This document shows, one piece after another, positions 25,705 to 38,214 of a DNA stretch of 64,000 nucleotides; position 1 is the stretch's first letter; every line of letters begins with the position of its first letter. The stretch lies in the NCBI RefSeq assembly GCF_009834535.1, contig NC_045697.1:26166001-26230000 (forward strand). The letters are read 5' to 3'. The translations under genes and the position numbers were made by a program. The notes below the pieces were generated by a model. That model made no database searches, had not been told where the DNA came from, and saw only the letters and a list, made by a program, of their open reading frames with translations. Source of the DNA: Camelus ferus. Lineage: Eukaryota.

Positions 25705-26615
25705 GGCAAGCCAACAGCTAATATCATACTCAACAATGAAAACCTGAAAGCTTTTCCTCTAGGATCAGGAACAAGACAAGAATGCCCACTCTCACCACTT
25801 TCATTCAACATAGTATTCAAAGTCTTAGCTGGAACAAATGGGTAAGAAAAATAAATTGAAACCATCCAAATTGGAAAAGAAGAAGCAAAACTCACTATTT
25901 GCAGATAACATGATGATATATATAGAAAACCCTAAAGACTCCATGAAAAATCTGTTAGACCTAACAAATTCAATAAAATTGGAGGTTACAAAGTCAATAC
26001 AGAACATATCACCTTGTTCATTAGCAGCGTCATTTATGATAGCCAAGATATGGAAACAACCTAAGGGTCCATTGATCAATGAATTAAGAAGATAAAGATG
26101 TGGTATGTACAATGGAATACTATACAGCCACAAAAATGAAACCTTGCCATTTGAGATGGATGGATCTTGAGGGCACTATGCTAAGTTAAATAAATCAGAC
26201 AGAGAAAGACAAATACTGTATGATCTCACTTATGTGTGGAATCTAAAACAAAACAAAACAAAATCAAGCTCACAGATAGAGAACAGATTGGTGGTAGCCA
26301 GAGGCAGGGGCTGGGGGTGGGAGAAATGGGTAAAGAGAGTCAAAAAGTACAAACTGACAGTTATACAATAAAAAAGTAATAGGAATGTAATATACAGCAT
26401 GATGACTATGGTTAATAATGCTGTATTGCACATTTGAAAGCTGCTAAAAGAGATCTTAAAAATTTTCATCATAAGAAAACAATTTTGTAACTATGTATGG
26501 GGCCAGATGTTAACTACACTTATTGTAGTGATAATTTTGCAACATTTACAAATATAGATACATTATGTTGTACACATAAAACTAATATAATGGTATATGT
26601 CAATTATACTTCAAT
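25705..26615 (+). mobile_element. 5'-truncated L1 with an ORF2 reverse transcriptase fragment, an internal deletion, the 3' UTR and a 14-bp TSD
   Basis: The RT remnant translates [41 protein letters not shown] and SLFADNMMIYIENPKDS. TSD AAAAAGATGATACA at 25691-25704 and 26616-26629, at a TT/AAAA endonuclease site. Confidence 0.92.
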
Positions 26616-26639
26616 AAAAAGATGATACAAACATAAAAA

Positions 26640-26865
26640 TAATAATTAACATACATCAAGTACTTGAATTTTCTAAGTATTTTACATGAATTATCTCTGT
26701 TATCAATTCTCTCAAATACCCAATGAAATCCTACTTTATTGCCATTATATAGATAAGGATTGAGACATATAGAGGATAAGTAACTTGTTCAAAACACATA
26801 GCCATATTTTGCAGAGTCAAGATTCATATCCAGGCATTCTGATGCTGGAATTCATGCTCTGAATT
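26640..26865 (-). mobile_element. MIR SINE
   Basis: ccattatatagataaggattgagacatatagaggataagtaacttgttcaaaacacatagc...gcagagtcaagattcatatccaggca. Confidence 0.75.
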
Positions 26866-26869
26866 CTGA

Positions 26870-27368
26870 TAGCAGGAACTGATTGTTCTGCTGGCTCACA
26901 TGAGCTGATTGCTAAAATTTCAGAATTTTTTTGAGCCCATTGTTTCATCTTGGTAGCTTGAAATTGGCCACAGTGAGTGTTGTAGGCAGAATGACGACCT
27001 CCCAAAGTTGTCCCTGTCGTAATCCCTGGAACCGGTGAACATGTTACTTTACATGTCAAAAGGGACTTTGAAGATGTTATTAAGGATACTGACTCTGGGG
27101 AGATTACTATCCAGGTGGGTCAATCTGATCACACGAATCCTTAAAAATAAGGAACTTTCCCCACCTGTAGTCAGAGAAAAATATGTAAAAGCAGAAATAT
27201 GGTCAGAGAGATGAGTGTGGATAGGAAATTTCCATGGCAGCAACAGAAAACTAAGGAATTTAGTGGGAGTATTTACACTGCAGAAATCAGCAAATAGTAT
27301 CAATTGGCATTTGTGTTTTTTTCTATTTTCCTAGAGAGACAATTTCAACGCTTACCAGCATATCACTG
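26870..27368. mobile_element. MER63-like hAT-Blackjack element interrupted by an MLT1D-like LTR fragment (~26978-27215)
   Basis: MER63-like parts: ttggtagcttgaaattggccacagtg and gtgggagtatttacactgcagaaatcagcaaa...ttaccagcatatcactg. MLT1 part: tgtaggcagaatga...taatccctggaaccggtgaacatgttactttacatgtcaaaagggactttg. Confidence 0.75.
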
Positions 27369-28180
27369 CTTTTAAATATTATATTATACTGTATCCTATT
27401 AAATACATGAAGAAATAAAAATGTCAAGAATTAAGTAACTTATCCAAAAGACAGACTAGAAATTTGATTGTCTCTGTAAAACTGTTATAATGAATATATA
27501 AGCATGTTTTTAATCTTTGCCGTAACTGGGAGGCTTAATTTATTTACTTATTGCTGTACAGTGTATTTATGTTAAATGTATGTAAGTAGAATCCTTTTCA
27601 CAGCACATCATTTCAGGGTCCCCTATCTTTCCTGAGTACACCTTAGCTAGTGCATTTCACTGTGTCTTCAAGAAATAGTCTGGATAGGATCTAAGGATAT
27701 GTGGCCTATTTAAAGAAAATGAATCAGCCAGTGACTCTTCATCCATCCATTCATCTATCCATTAATTTATGCATTCAAACAATAATCCAGTTACTTCTTC
27801 AATTTAACAAATACTTATTGATGAGCTACTGTATGCTTAGTTTTAGATATCTGGTTATTAGTAGTCAAATCAATTAAAAAGCAGCAACACAAAACCACCT
27901 GTTCTCAGAGCAAACTACCCTATTCTCATAGAGCATAAGTTCTAATGGAGCAATACACAAAAGTTACCCCTAGACACAGAATACAGAATATTAACTTGAA
28001 GAATAGGGGCTCTCAGATACGTGGATGCTGTCATTTTGGGAAAGTCCGTGGCCGAATAAGAAAGTAGGGGGTCTGCCCTTATAGACTCCTGACTTTTCAT
28101 TGTCTTTTCTCCTTCACATGTTATCCCTCCTCTTCTTTTGTTTCTCCCCCTTTATATAAAGTGGGTCTCCCTTACAAAGG

Positions 28181-28612
28181 TTATCACTCAAGGTCCTGGC
28201 AAATAAGGATAGGGTTCAAATAAAAAGCCATTATTGAAGTCACTACTTAAAGAGGCATGATCAAAACTATGAGAATGCCAAAGGATGGTGAAGGCACTCA
28301 GAAATTAGCAGTGGCTGCACCCTGAAGGAAGAGCCTTAGATAGGAGCTGTGCTCATGGAGAGATACAACTCCTGCCAGAGGCACAGCACCCGAAGGCCCA
28401 GCACCCAAGCAGGGAAGGAGTAAGGAAAAACACCAAGATATCTCAGTCCTCCTGCCACCTGTTCTCCTGCTGGTGCCTCGCACTGCCCAGCCCAACCAGA
28501 AGCCAGGCAGCAAGGGAGCCTGGGTGCCACAGTCTGCTGTGGTCAATACCTGGGGTTGCAGAAGTCAGACACTGGATCCAGGTGAGAGGCTAATGGAGAG
28601 TTAGCAGCACAA
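28181..28612 (-). mobile_element. ERVL-class solo LTR (LTR33-like)
   Basis: Starts tatcactcaaggtcctggca (the reverse of an LTR33-like terminus); contains aaccagaagccaggcagcaagggagcctggg. Confidence 0.55.
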
Positions 28613-30138
28613 ACATAATTCAAATCATGTTGCAAATGGATAAACTACATTATTGCATTTGAATAAGGGATATACCTTATACTAAAGACATAATCTTCTA
28701 ATAGTATAGCTTAAGGTAATGTTAGAAACATTTTGGGCTGATGAGGGCTAACTCTTAACCCTCAGGTCACACTGATCTCTTACTAGGTGCCATCCCTCTA
28801 ACACACCTGTGTCACTAGGACACACTGCTGCTTTCAGTCATTCACTAAGTCTCAGGTCAGCTGCAGTTGCAGGTTTACTAAGTTGACATAGTTTTAGAGG
28901 AAACACCATAGCACTCAAGAAAATAATAAAGACATAGGAAATGAGGAAGTTAGGATATCCCAAGCTGACTGCCTTTTATTCTCTAATGTGTTAGTATTTA
29001 CTTGTGTAAAATGAAATCCTGCTGTTTAAAGAATGTGAAACATTTTGGATGAACGGAAGCCATTTCGTCCTGTGGGAAGTTATCCACTGATGTATTTGGA
29101 AAAAAAATTAGCTTTTGCATCATGTACACCCTTAACCAGCAGATGTCATGCAAAGTCCTGTGCATGTGTTTTTCTGCTTATGTTGTCAGTAGAAGAATGA
29201 CAGCATATGAAATCAAAGAAAAAATCTCATAGGCTTGAAACACACAGAATTATCTCTATTTTCATTGAGAATAAACAGCAAGTTTAATAAAAATAGTGTC
29301 TATTTTAATATATTTGAGGGGAAGCGGCACAAATAGATATCTAATATATTTAATGAGAAGAGAAGCAATTGGGAAAAGAAGTAATCAGATATTCTCCAAC
29401 TTGTATTTTAATCTTAAAGTACAATTATTCTGATTATTCTCCACCGGCATTCTAGCCCTCATACTTTAGTAACTGCGCTGTTTCCAAATGTGTGGACAGG
29501 GTAATTTTAGAGTGCCTTTCACTGCCATTGATCCTGTTCCTCTGATCAATGGTCTGGGATATTTTTAAAAACTAAATCACACAGATTTATGACACAGTGC
29601 TGTAGACTGAACACGTGCTAGCTCTTATTCCTCACCAAATCTGCTTGTTAAACACAGAGAGTCACTGTCCAAAAACCGTGCAGAAAAGGAGTCACACCCT
29701 GCTTATATCTGGCTGGAATATTTTTCTTACTTCATATCATATTGATGGGGGATTGTTTCCACATTGAATCCTACTTTGTTCATTCTGTATAAATAAAATC
29801 CCCTTGAAGTATACTTCCTTCATTTTTCCCCTTTACTGTTAGCTGCATCATTTATAATCTTTGCATCACCCCCATATTTTATACATTTGCTATTATCTTT
29901 CTCTCTTTCAGATCTAATAATGTCTAACGTCTAACAATCTGTTAGACATCACTGGGCTAAATGCTGGGTTTTATGATACCCTATTGTCCATCTCTTAATT
30001 ATTTGGAAAAAATGCAACATTATAATCTATGTGATTATATTTTCATTCACGCTAATGTAAACAATTTAGACAAATATTTAGGATATGTTTTAATTTTTTT
30101 TTCTTAAATTTAGCTAGAACTTCAGAGTTACAGACCAT

Positions 30139-30690
30139 ATATTATTCAGGATTCTCCAGAGAAACAGAACCAAAGGGTATGTGTGTGTGTGTGTGTGTGT
30201 GTATGTAGATAGAGGGAGGGGAAGGGAGGGAGAGAGAGAGAGAGAGAGAGAGAGGGAAATAGATTTATTATAAGAATGGGATCATACAAATATGGAGGGT
30301 GACAAAACCCAATATCTGCATTCAACAAGCTGGAGACCCAGGAGAGCCAATGGTGTAGGTGTAGTTCAAAGACCTTTAGGCTTGAAACCTAGAAAGAGTC
30401 AATGTCTTCGTTTCCTGAAGGCAGGAAAAAGCCAACGTCTGAGCTCAAAGGCAGTCAGGGAGGAGGAAGTCTTTCTTATTCAGAGAGAGGTCAGCCTTTT
30501 TATTCTATGCAGGCTTGATTAGAACAACTGATTGGATGAGGCACACCCACATCGTTGAGGGCAAAGTCCTTTACTCAGTCTACCAATTTCAATGTGAAGC
30601 TCATCCCAGAATACAGAAATACCCAGGATACTGTTTTGACTAAAATATCTGGGTAATCCAGGCAAATTGAACATAAAATGGCCCGTCATA
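30139..30690 (-). mobile_element. MLT2 (ERVL) solo LTR containing a (TG)n/(AG)n microsatellite
   Basis: tattcaggattctccagagaaacagaaccaa...agctggagacccaggagagccaatggtgtag...caactgattggatgaggcacacccacat...ctttactcagtctaccaatt...aattgaacataaaat. The microsatellite is at ~30180-30254. Confidence 0.88.
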
Positions 30691-30757
30691 GACTGTAAGA
30701 CACTTCATTGTTCTTCTTTCAGTTTCCTCACTGCACACTGGAGGGTTGGTTCTGGAT

Positions 30758-30932
30758 CGGTGGTTTCCAAATCCAGTTAAATGTCAGCATTACTTGGAGA
30801 CCTTAAAAACACAGATTTTTTTTGTGTTTACTTGAGAACCTGAGATCTACTGAGTCAGACTTTCTCTCCACGAATAGAGCCCAGGAATCAAGTCATTCTG
30901 ATTCTCTGTTCTGCAGGCTGATGATTGGAACT
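30758..30932. mobile_element. MER5-like hAT element
   Basis: ggtggtttccaaatcc...tcagcattacttggagacc...gatctactgagtcagac...gattctctg...ttggaactctg. Confidence 0.65.
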
Positions 30933-30949
30933 CTGTGAATTATTTTTTT

Positions 30950-31580
30950 CTGTTGTCAGCTGCTTTCTTCCCATTTCTTCCAATAGGTTTCACTAGAAGG
31001 AGACTGAAATGCAGGGCAAGGAAGGAAGGGATTTCCTCATTCCTATTTGCTTTCTGTTCCTGCCAGTATTGCTCTAGAAGTGGCACTTTCACCCTAGAAG
31101 AAAAGTTGATTCTAGTTTTCAAATTTTTTTGGCACTTTGGAAGAGGGTCTCATTTTGGCCCCTGAGAGCCCCCATCTCACAGATCTAGGCCTCAGCTCTC
31201 CAATCCCCTCATTTGGTTCCCTGAGGCATCAGTGCAGACAGGCAATGGTCCCTCTTCTGAGATATGAGACCAAACATTACCGTCTTCTCCTCTGAGCTCC
31301 TGAGATCCCGACAACACAAGATGATCAGTGTGCCATCCTTGGATGTCTGAGCCACGACTCCATGGCCAGTCCTCTGAGCTGCTGGGTTTTGAAAGCCCCA
31401 AAGCCTTCCATTTGTGTCTCCTACTGCTTGAGGTGGTAGCTGCTTCCTGTCTTTATTAACGAGTGTTAACCTTACTCTTGGGCTTTTGGCTGTTCCTGCC
31501 CTACAACACCTGCTTCACCAATTCCATATCACATCTTCTCTGTTGAAAGACAATGTAGTTTGTGTTTCCTGATGATCACT
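30950..31580 (+). mobile_element. Probable old ERVL-class LTR
   Basis: GC-richer block ending tctctgttgaaa...tgtagtttgtgtttcctga, which is typical of ERVL LTR ends. Family not determined. Confidence 0.4.
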
Positions 31581-31619
31581 ATCTGCTGCAAGTTAGTGAA
31601 CTTCCCATGTGAATGTCTA

Positions 31620-32750
31620 GGTGAGGAATTGGCCAGGCAGTGGAAGGAACAAGTTCAAAGCTCTAAAGCGGAAAAGCATCTGGAATGTTTGAGAAACAGC
31701 AAGGAAGTCACTGTAGCTGGAGCAAAGTGAGTGAGAAAAGCATTTAGAGATGTCAAAAGGGGCCAATCATGTATGGATTTGTAATTGATAGAAAAAAGTC
31801 TTTGGTTGTTTTCTGAGTGGGAAGGGATGCCACTGAATCTACTGAAACCACTTACCTTTAAGGAGAGAAGTGATATGATGAGTTTGTTTGAAGAGTATCA
31901 CTGTGGCTGCTGTATTTAGAATATATTTAGGGGAACAAAAACAAAAGCAGAGATACCAGTTAGGAGCCAATTGGAAGCACCTGCACAAGAGAGGATAATG
32001 ACTTTTTTCAGGGTAGCAGTAGTGGAGGTAAAAGTAACTAGAGAGATTATGACTATATTTTGATAGCAGAATCAATCAGGCTTGACAATAAAGTAGGTAA
32101 AAGAAAAGACATTAAGAATAGCCTCAAGGTTTTGGCCTGTGCAGTTGGAACGATGAAGCCACCATTAACAGAAGTGGAGCCGTTCCTTTTTGTGGGGGTG
32201 GGTGGGAGACAGGCAGCAGGAGCTGTGCTTTTAACATGCTCAGTTTCAATGTCTATTAGACCTCCAGGGTGCTAAGTAGACCACCGTATATGTGGATCAG
32301 GAGTTCAGAGTAGAGGTCCAAGATGGAGCTATGCATGTAAGAGACTTCAGCACATAGATGCTATTTAAAAGGCACAGGCATGGACCAAATAATCTAGGGG
32401 ACACAGATAGAATCAAGGGGCAGGAGATGCCAACATTTCGAGACTGAGGAGACCACCAAAAGTGACTGAGGACCCAAAAAATTTGGAGGGATATTAGGAG
32501 AACATGGTGTCCTGAAAGCTACTGATGAAACGAGGGCATAGCATGAACAGTGGCAGAAGCTGCTGGTAGGTCACCTGAGATAAAGACTGAGAAAAGACAA
32601 GGTGGCTCTAGCAACATGAAGGCCATTGATAACCATGATAGAGGGTTGTTTCTGTGGAGCAGTGAGGTTGCTAGTCTACTAATGTGGGATTAAGAGCGAA
32701 TGGAAGTAGATACATTGCAGTCAGAGCATATAGACAACTTTTTCAAGACT
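31620..32750 (-). mobile_element. LINE2 fragment
   Basis: ggaatgtttgagaaacagcaaggaagtcactgtagctggagc; atcactgtggctgctgt; gatgtctattagac-like...tggatcaggagttcagag; taaagactgagaa...tagcaacatgaaggccattg. Confidence 0.85.
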
Positions 32751-32902
32751 TTTTCTTTCTTCCTTCCTTCCTCTCACCTTCTCTCCCTTCCTCCCTCCCT
32801 CTCTTTCTTCCTTCCTCCCACCTTCCCTCCCTGCCCCATTCTCAATTTCTTTCTTTCTCTCTTTCTTTCCTTTCTTTCTTTTTTCTTCCCTCTCTCCTTC
32901 CT
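32750..32902. repeat. Polypyrimidine (TTCC/TTTC/CCCT) simple repeat
   Basis: About 150 bp of almost pure C/T on the + strand. Confidence 0.95.
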
Positions 32903-33124
32903 AAAGGAAATGAGAGAAACAAGATGATACTTAAAGTGGGAATGGGGGTTGAGAAAACTTTTTAAAGACAGTAGAAAAAACAGCGTATTCATGTGTTACT
33001 GTGAAAATTCCACTAGAAAGGATAATTCGATGTCTTTGATGTAGGGCATCAGAGAATTGCTTTAGAAACATGGAAATTCATCTACAGTATTTTAAATCAT
33101 AAAATATATTATTTCACCCCCTCC

Positions 33125-33605
33125 CCCCACTTAAAACTGATGAATGATTTTTCCTGGGTTTAGAAGAAAACCCACAATCCTCACCCTTGTCTTCAAGATT
33201 GAGCACTTCCTGGGCTCTACCTGTCTCACCCGCACCATCTCTTCCCTCTCCCTGCCACACAAAGCTCCAGCCAGACTGGCCTCCTTTTTGTGTCTTGAAC
33301 ACATGAAGCTTTTCCTTGCTTCAGGACATTTGCACTTTGCTTTCTCTCCGCCTGGTAAACTATTCTCCTAGATTTTAGGCTTCCTCTTTCACATATTTTA
33401 GGTTTCAGCCTAAACACTTCTTTTTCAGAGAATCCTTTCCTGATGATCTCATGGAAGGTATGAGCTCAGAAATTACTACCACTATGCCTTGTTTAATACC
33501 ATCTCTCACCATTTGTAATTATCTTTCTCCCCAACCAAAATGTAAGTTCGAGCTGTATCTCTAACACCTAGTAAAGGGTCAGGCTCACACAGGTGATCAA
33601 TTAAT
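33125..33605 (+). mobile_element. LINE2 3' fragment
   Basis: ctccagccagactggcctcctttttgtgtcttgaacacatgaagc...tcaggacatttgcactttgct...gcctggtaa. Confidence 0.8.
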
Positions 33606-34049
33606 TATGTCTGTGACATAGATAAATCTTTATTAAAATAATAATTAAAACTTCAGTGTCCGAAAGTTTTTAAGGCCTCTAGGGTGTGTATTATTTTTCA
33701 TATACATGCAACTATAATCTAATCTCCCATACTGGATAAATGAAAGAAGTCTATTCTCTTCCTAAGTATTTCTGAGATCACTCCTTCTGTGTTCTAGAAA
33801 TCCATTTTGTCTGCTTCTCACTTATTTTTCTCCCTTACAGATTGCCTCCAGCTGTCTCATCATCACTTTCTCATTCCTGAGCATACTTCATCCCAAAACA
33901 CGAACACAGGTTCCTAAGTGTAGTTAGAGCAATACTCTCATCTTTACTATTTTACTAACTCAAGGGGATAGTCATAGTGTAGGTAATAATAATAATATAT
34001 TCAGCACTTGTCAAGACTAGACAGTATATATACACACATACATATATTC

Positions 34050-34228
34050 ACTTATTATATGTATTCACTCTATCCCACCAATTTTATGATAGAGGTATTA
34101 TTATTCCCATTTTTTAGATAAGATACCAAAGCACTGGGAGGGTAAAATTCCCAAAGACATTTAACTAATAAGTGATTACCCCAGGATTCCATCCCAGGCA
34201 GTCTGGCTGTAGAGTTCATTTTCTTAAA
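34050..34228 (-). mobile_element. MIR SINE
   Basis: ggtattattattcccattttttagataaga...ccaggattccatcccaggcagtctggctgtagag. Confidence 0.75.
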
Positions 34229-35194
34229 TGGGAGGGAATTATCATCTAGAGAAGGGAAGATTAAAACTGGCTATCTGATAATTTTCCTCTAATGTGTTGG
34301 CTCATTCTCTGTAATCTAAGTTCTCCCACTAGACACATCTTTCTCAGCTGCTGGCTTATTTCCATATTACTGGGGCCTGATTCTCTTTCTTTGGGATAAA
34401 TTCATCTTTTCTTAGCTCTTAATTCATCCTCATTCCTTGCTTGTAGTCAGAGAAAATCAATATATCTTAACAACATAGTAATCTTTTGCAAAGACTAACT
34501 CAACTCAAAGTAAACAGAGCATTTTGCATTATTAAATATGGAATAGCAGCTTGGCCTGAAGCATGAGTATTTTTATTTCCTCACTGCCTTACATATGGGA
34601 GGCTAAAAGGACCAGAGAGGTCCTTAAAATTGCAAAGGGAGGATGTTGGCTTCACCCAAGAATTCAGAAATGGCTGTAGCCTTTTAAATGGCACGCTTTG
34701 GTCCCCACTTTATATGCAAGAGACAGCAAGGGTTACATGAAACAAAAATGCCATTTGCTACTCCCAGGAACTAACAGGAAGAGAGGAGACAGTATGACAC
34801 ATGACTTCAAGTGTTACAAAGTAGCCTTCCAGAGCTGGGAAATAACAGTATCTTGTTCAACAAAGATATGCTACAATGCCTGAGGAGAGAAGTAAAAATC
34901 AAGTGTGACTACCACAAGCTATTAAGAGGGCATGCATGTAAAGAGTTTGGGTCAGGGGGATTGCTATTGAAGAATAAGAATGTTAGAAAAGAGTGATTCT
35001 TCTGGTCTCAGAATGTAGTGACCCCTGGTATAATGGAGACTCAACAGCACACCTTCCCTAAATATTTTAAGGATGGTCCATGCCTAGGTGGGTTGGGGAT
35101 TTAAAAAAATTCATGACATCTCTGTTTACAAATATCATAAACTCCCTGACCTTACATGAACAACGAATACAAACACAGCAATACAAGCAACTGC

Positions 35195-35540
35195 TATTAA
35201 TTAATCAATTACTTATATAAACGTTTACTAAGTAGAGTCAGGAGCTGGGGTTTCAGCAATGAACAAAGAAGATGAAAATCCTGGAGCTTATGTTCATGGA
35301 GTATTTACTGTGTGCCAGACATTGTGTGCTGAGTTTTTACAGACATTCACCATAATCGCTCATAACAGCTTTTGAGGTAGTTTCTCTTCTGACCAGCGTT
35401 ACACAATTAAAGAATGAAAAGAGCGAGGCTTAGGAGGACTGATCAGGGTCTAGTAAGTAGTAAGCAAGGTAGTCAAGTTGTAGACCCAGGCTTGCCTGGC
35501 TCTGAAGTCTAGGGGTCTGATGCTTTTAAACACTATTTGT
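35195..35540 (-). mobile_element. L2 tail fragment plus MIR
   Basis: gagctggggtttcagcaatgaacaaag...tggagcttatgttc; tttactgtgtgccagacattgtg...ctcataacagcttttgaggtag...gacccaggcttgcctggctctgaag. Confidence 0.7.
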
Positions 35541-35984
35541 GCTGTCTCCTACTACACCCACTGGCATTCTGTGAATTCCTTGCCCTCGATCATTAGCTTC
35601 AGGCTACCAGTTTGGCTTTGTCTCCTCTGCTCTATCCATAGATATTTCTATTCCATAACAGATTTTTGTCTACAGGTATCACATATTTGCCAATTCCACT
35701 CAAATATACACATAATCATAACAAGCACCATGAGTGCTTCTTATTTTCTTCCTTACATTTCTGATGAGAGCATTTACAAAGTAGTGTCACTTTGAAACCT
35801 CAATTTGTAGATGCCTCACTAAAATAACATTATCTGGGTACATTCAGTTCTCTAATAAGTTTGTATTCTGGTACTCAAATGTGTTCTAATAAAGTCTTGC
35901 ATATATGTAGACAAAAATTTCAAGCACAGATTTCATAGCTTTATCTGATTTTAACAAGGACAGAGTATATATATGACATTCACG

Positions 35985-36495
35985 GTGGTGAAATTGATTA
36001 GGCTGGGAGTTACATTTCCCCACAAGCGTCCAAATTAGTGTTGGTCAAAAGGACTTGTATGCAATTGGAATGCAGAAATAAAGCAGTATCCATTGTCCCT
36101 GAAGGCCTTTTCCCCAGCCATATATGGTGACAGACATTCACAGAGGTGTTTGCTCTGTGTCCACTTGTTCTTCCAGACTCCTGGCCATGCTGACCAACAG
36201 TGACCTCAGGCTGTCTCCCAGACACTTGACCGTGGATTCACTGATTCAGTAGCTACTCAAAAGCAATGCTTTCTTATATGTTTCTCCACAAACTCACCTT
36301 TCACTGTTCTAGATGTATGGCTGGTAGGACATGGCTTCTTTAATTGATTGGTTGTTGATTCAATCTCTGATCCAGCATCTCTTCTGGACCTCTGTTTTCT
36401 AACATTTTGTGTAAGATCTCCTTCCTATAATAACTCCCTTATCTTACAACACTCAGACTGACCCTTCGCCACTGACTGAACTTGGATTGATTCAC
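35985..36495 (+). mobile_element. Old ERVL-class solo LTR
   Basis: aggctgggagttacatttccc...; 3' end tataataactcccttatc...ctgactgaacttggattgattca. Confidence 0.5.
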
Positions 36496-36599
36496 GATCA
36501 AAGGGTGAATGGTAATTATTAGTGAAATGAGAAGCAAATGTTAATTATTTATTCCCAGACATAGAATTCTCAGTAAAAATATTTCTAATCTCTTAAGAA

Positions 36600-37235
36600 A
36601 CGTCCCTATCTCAAAATATCTGCACCCCTATGTTTATTGCAGCATCATTCACAATAGCCAAGACATGGGAACAGCCTGGGTCCCTCAGTAGATAAATGGA
36701 TAAAGAAAATGTGGTATATGCATACAATGGATTATTCAGCAGTAAACAATAAGGAAATCATGCAATTTGCAACAACATGGATGGACCTTGAAAACAATAT
36801 GCTAAAGGAAGTGAGTCAGACAAAGGCAAATATTGTATAATCTTACATTTGGAATCTAAAAAAGCTGAACTGATAGAAACAGAGAGTATAAAACTCATAA
36901 AAACAGAGTTGAATTATAGTTGTCAGGGGTTGGGGAAATGGAGAGATATTGGTCAAACTGTACAAACTTCCAGTTATAACATAAATTCTGGAGATCGAAT
37001 ATACAGCATAGTGCCTATCGTTAACAATGCTTTATTATAGTCTCAAAATCCATGCTAAGATAGTAGGCATCTTTTTGTTTATTTTTGTTTTTAATGAAGG
37101 TACTGGGGATTGAACCCAGGACCTCATGCATGCTAAGCATGAGTTCTACCACTGAGTTACATGCCTCACCCCTCAAGAGAGTAGTTTTTAAATACTGTCA
37201 CCACACATACACAGAAAAGGTAATTACGAAAAAAA
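36600..37235 (+). mobile_element. L1 (L1MA/MB-like) ORF2 end and 3' UTR, interrupted by a SINE
   Basis: tctgcacccctatgtttattgcagcatcattcacaatagccaagacatgg...gataaatggataaagaaaatgtgg...caacatggatggaccttga. Confidence 0.9.
37072..37172 (-). mobile_element. tRNA-derived SINE (camelid Vic-1-like)
   Basis: The reverse complement ggggtgaggcatgtaactcagtggtagaactcatgcttagcatgcatgaggtcctgggttcaatccccagtaccttcattaaaa... has an A box (TAACTCAGTGG), a B box (GGTTCAATCC) and an A-rich tail. Imperfect TSD aagatagtag (37057-37066) / aagagagtag (37175-37184). Confidence 0.85.
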
Positions 37236-37769
37236 AAGTTTGCCTTATTGGGAAAATTAAAGTACTACACATGACTTGGTAGTTTAGTGGGTCACATTTT
37301 TTTTAAAATGGTCTACCTTCTTTTCTGCTGATTTTAAAAAGCAGTAGCCTGAAATTGACAAGGCAAGGAATAACAGGACAAGTAAGTTTGCTCTAAACAA
37401 GCTTGGTTTTGCATATAATACACAGAATAAAAAATACTGATAAATTTTTGACTCTGCTTTTTTATTTTAAGTCACTACTGTAGAATATAAAAAATTGTTC
37501 AACTGAAATTAAGTGATCCAGAAGTTGTTTATGTAACTGTCTGAGGATAATATGTCAAAGATTATTATGGTTCTTGGTAAATGACTGGGAAAAACAATTT
37601 ATTAGTCTCAATTTTGAAAGGATAGAAAAACTATTGGAGATCATGTTTGAAATATACATTCTGCCTTACTGAACTTCTTAATTTGTATTAATGATTGATG
37701 ATCATACTATGTTTTATTTAATGTGCACATTAGCTTTTATGAGCATGTTGAGAATTACTGCAAAATCAG

Positions 37770-38166
37770 TTTCATTTATTGTCTCATAGTTCTGGAGGGG
37801 AGAAAGTCTGAAGGCAAGCAGTCGAAACGTTCAGCTCCTGAGGGTGATGAAGGAAAATTTGTTCCACACCTCTCTCCCAGCTTCTGCTGGTTTGCTGGCA
37901 TCTTTGGAGTTCTTTGAAGTGTACACACATCACCTGGAAATCTACCTTCATGTTCACTTGGCATTCTCCCTGTGCTCGTGGCTGTGCCCAAATTTCCCCA
38001 TTTTATAAGGATTTCATATTGGATTAAGAGTCCACCCTTCTCCAGTATGGCCTCATCTTAATTACATCTGCAATGGCCCTATTTCCAAATAAAGCCGAAT
38101 TCTGAGGTACTAGGAGCTAGGACTTCAACATATGAAGTTTTGGGGGACACAACTGAAACCAGAACA
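37770..38166 (-). mobile_element. MaLR LTR (MLT1A-C-like)
   Basis: atttattgtctcatagttctggagggg...cctctctcccagcttctgctggtttgctggc...cctcatcttaattacatctgcaatggccctatttccaaataa...ttctgaggtact...ggacttcaacatatgaa. Confidence 0.88.
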
Positions 38167-38214
38167 CTTGCTAGCTGCTGTACACGCTTAAGAGTAGGGA
38201 GTTATAGTCTACCT

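Noticed and set aside
25689..26472. ORFs with reverse transcriptase-like text as a host gene or novel RT system
   Set aside because: They are frameshifted L1 ORF2 fragments within a TSD-bounded insertion.
32684..32992. Phe/Ser/Leu-rich and Lys/Arg/Glu-rich ORFs
   Set aside because: They are translations of the polypyrimidine repeat.
37072..37172. Functional tRNA gene
   Set aside because: The A-rich tail, TSD, insertion within an L1 and degenerate stems indicate a SINE.
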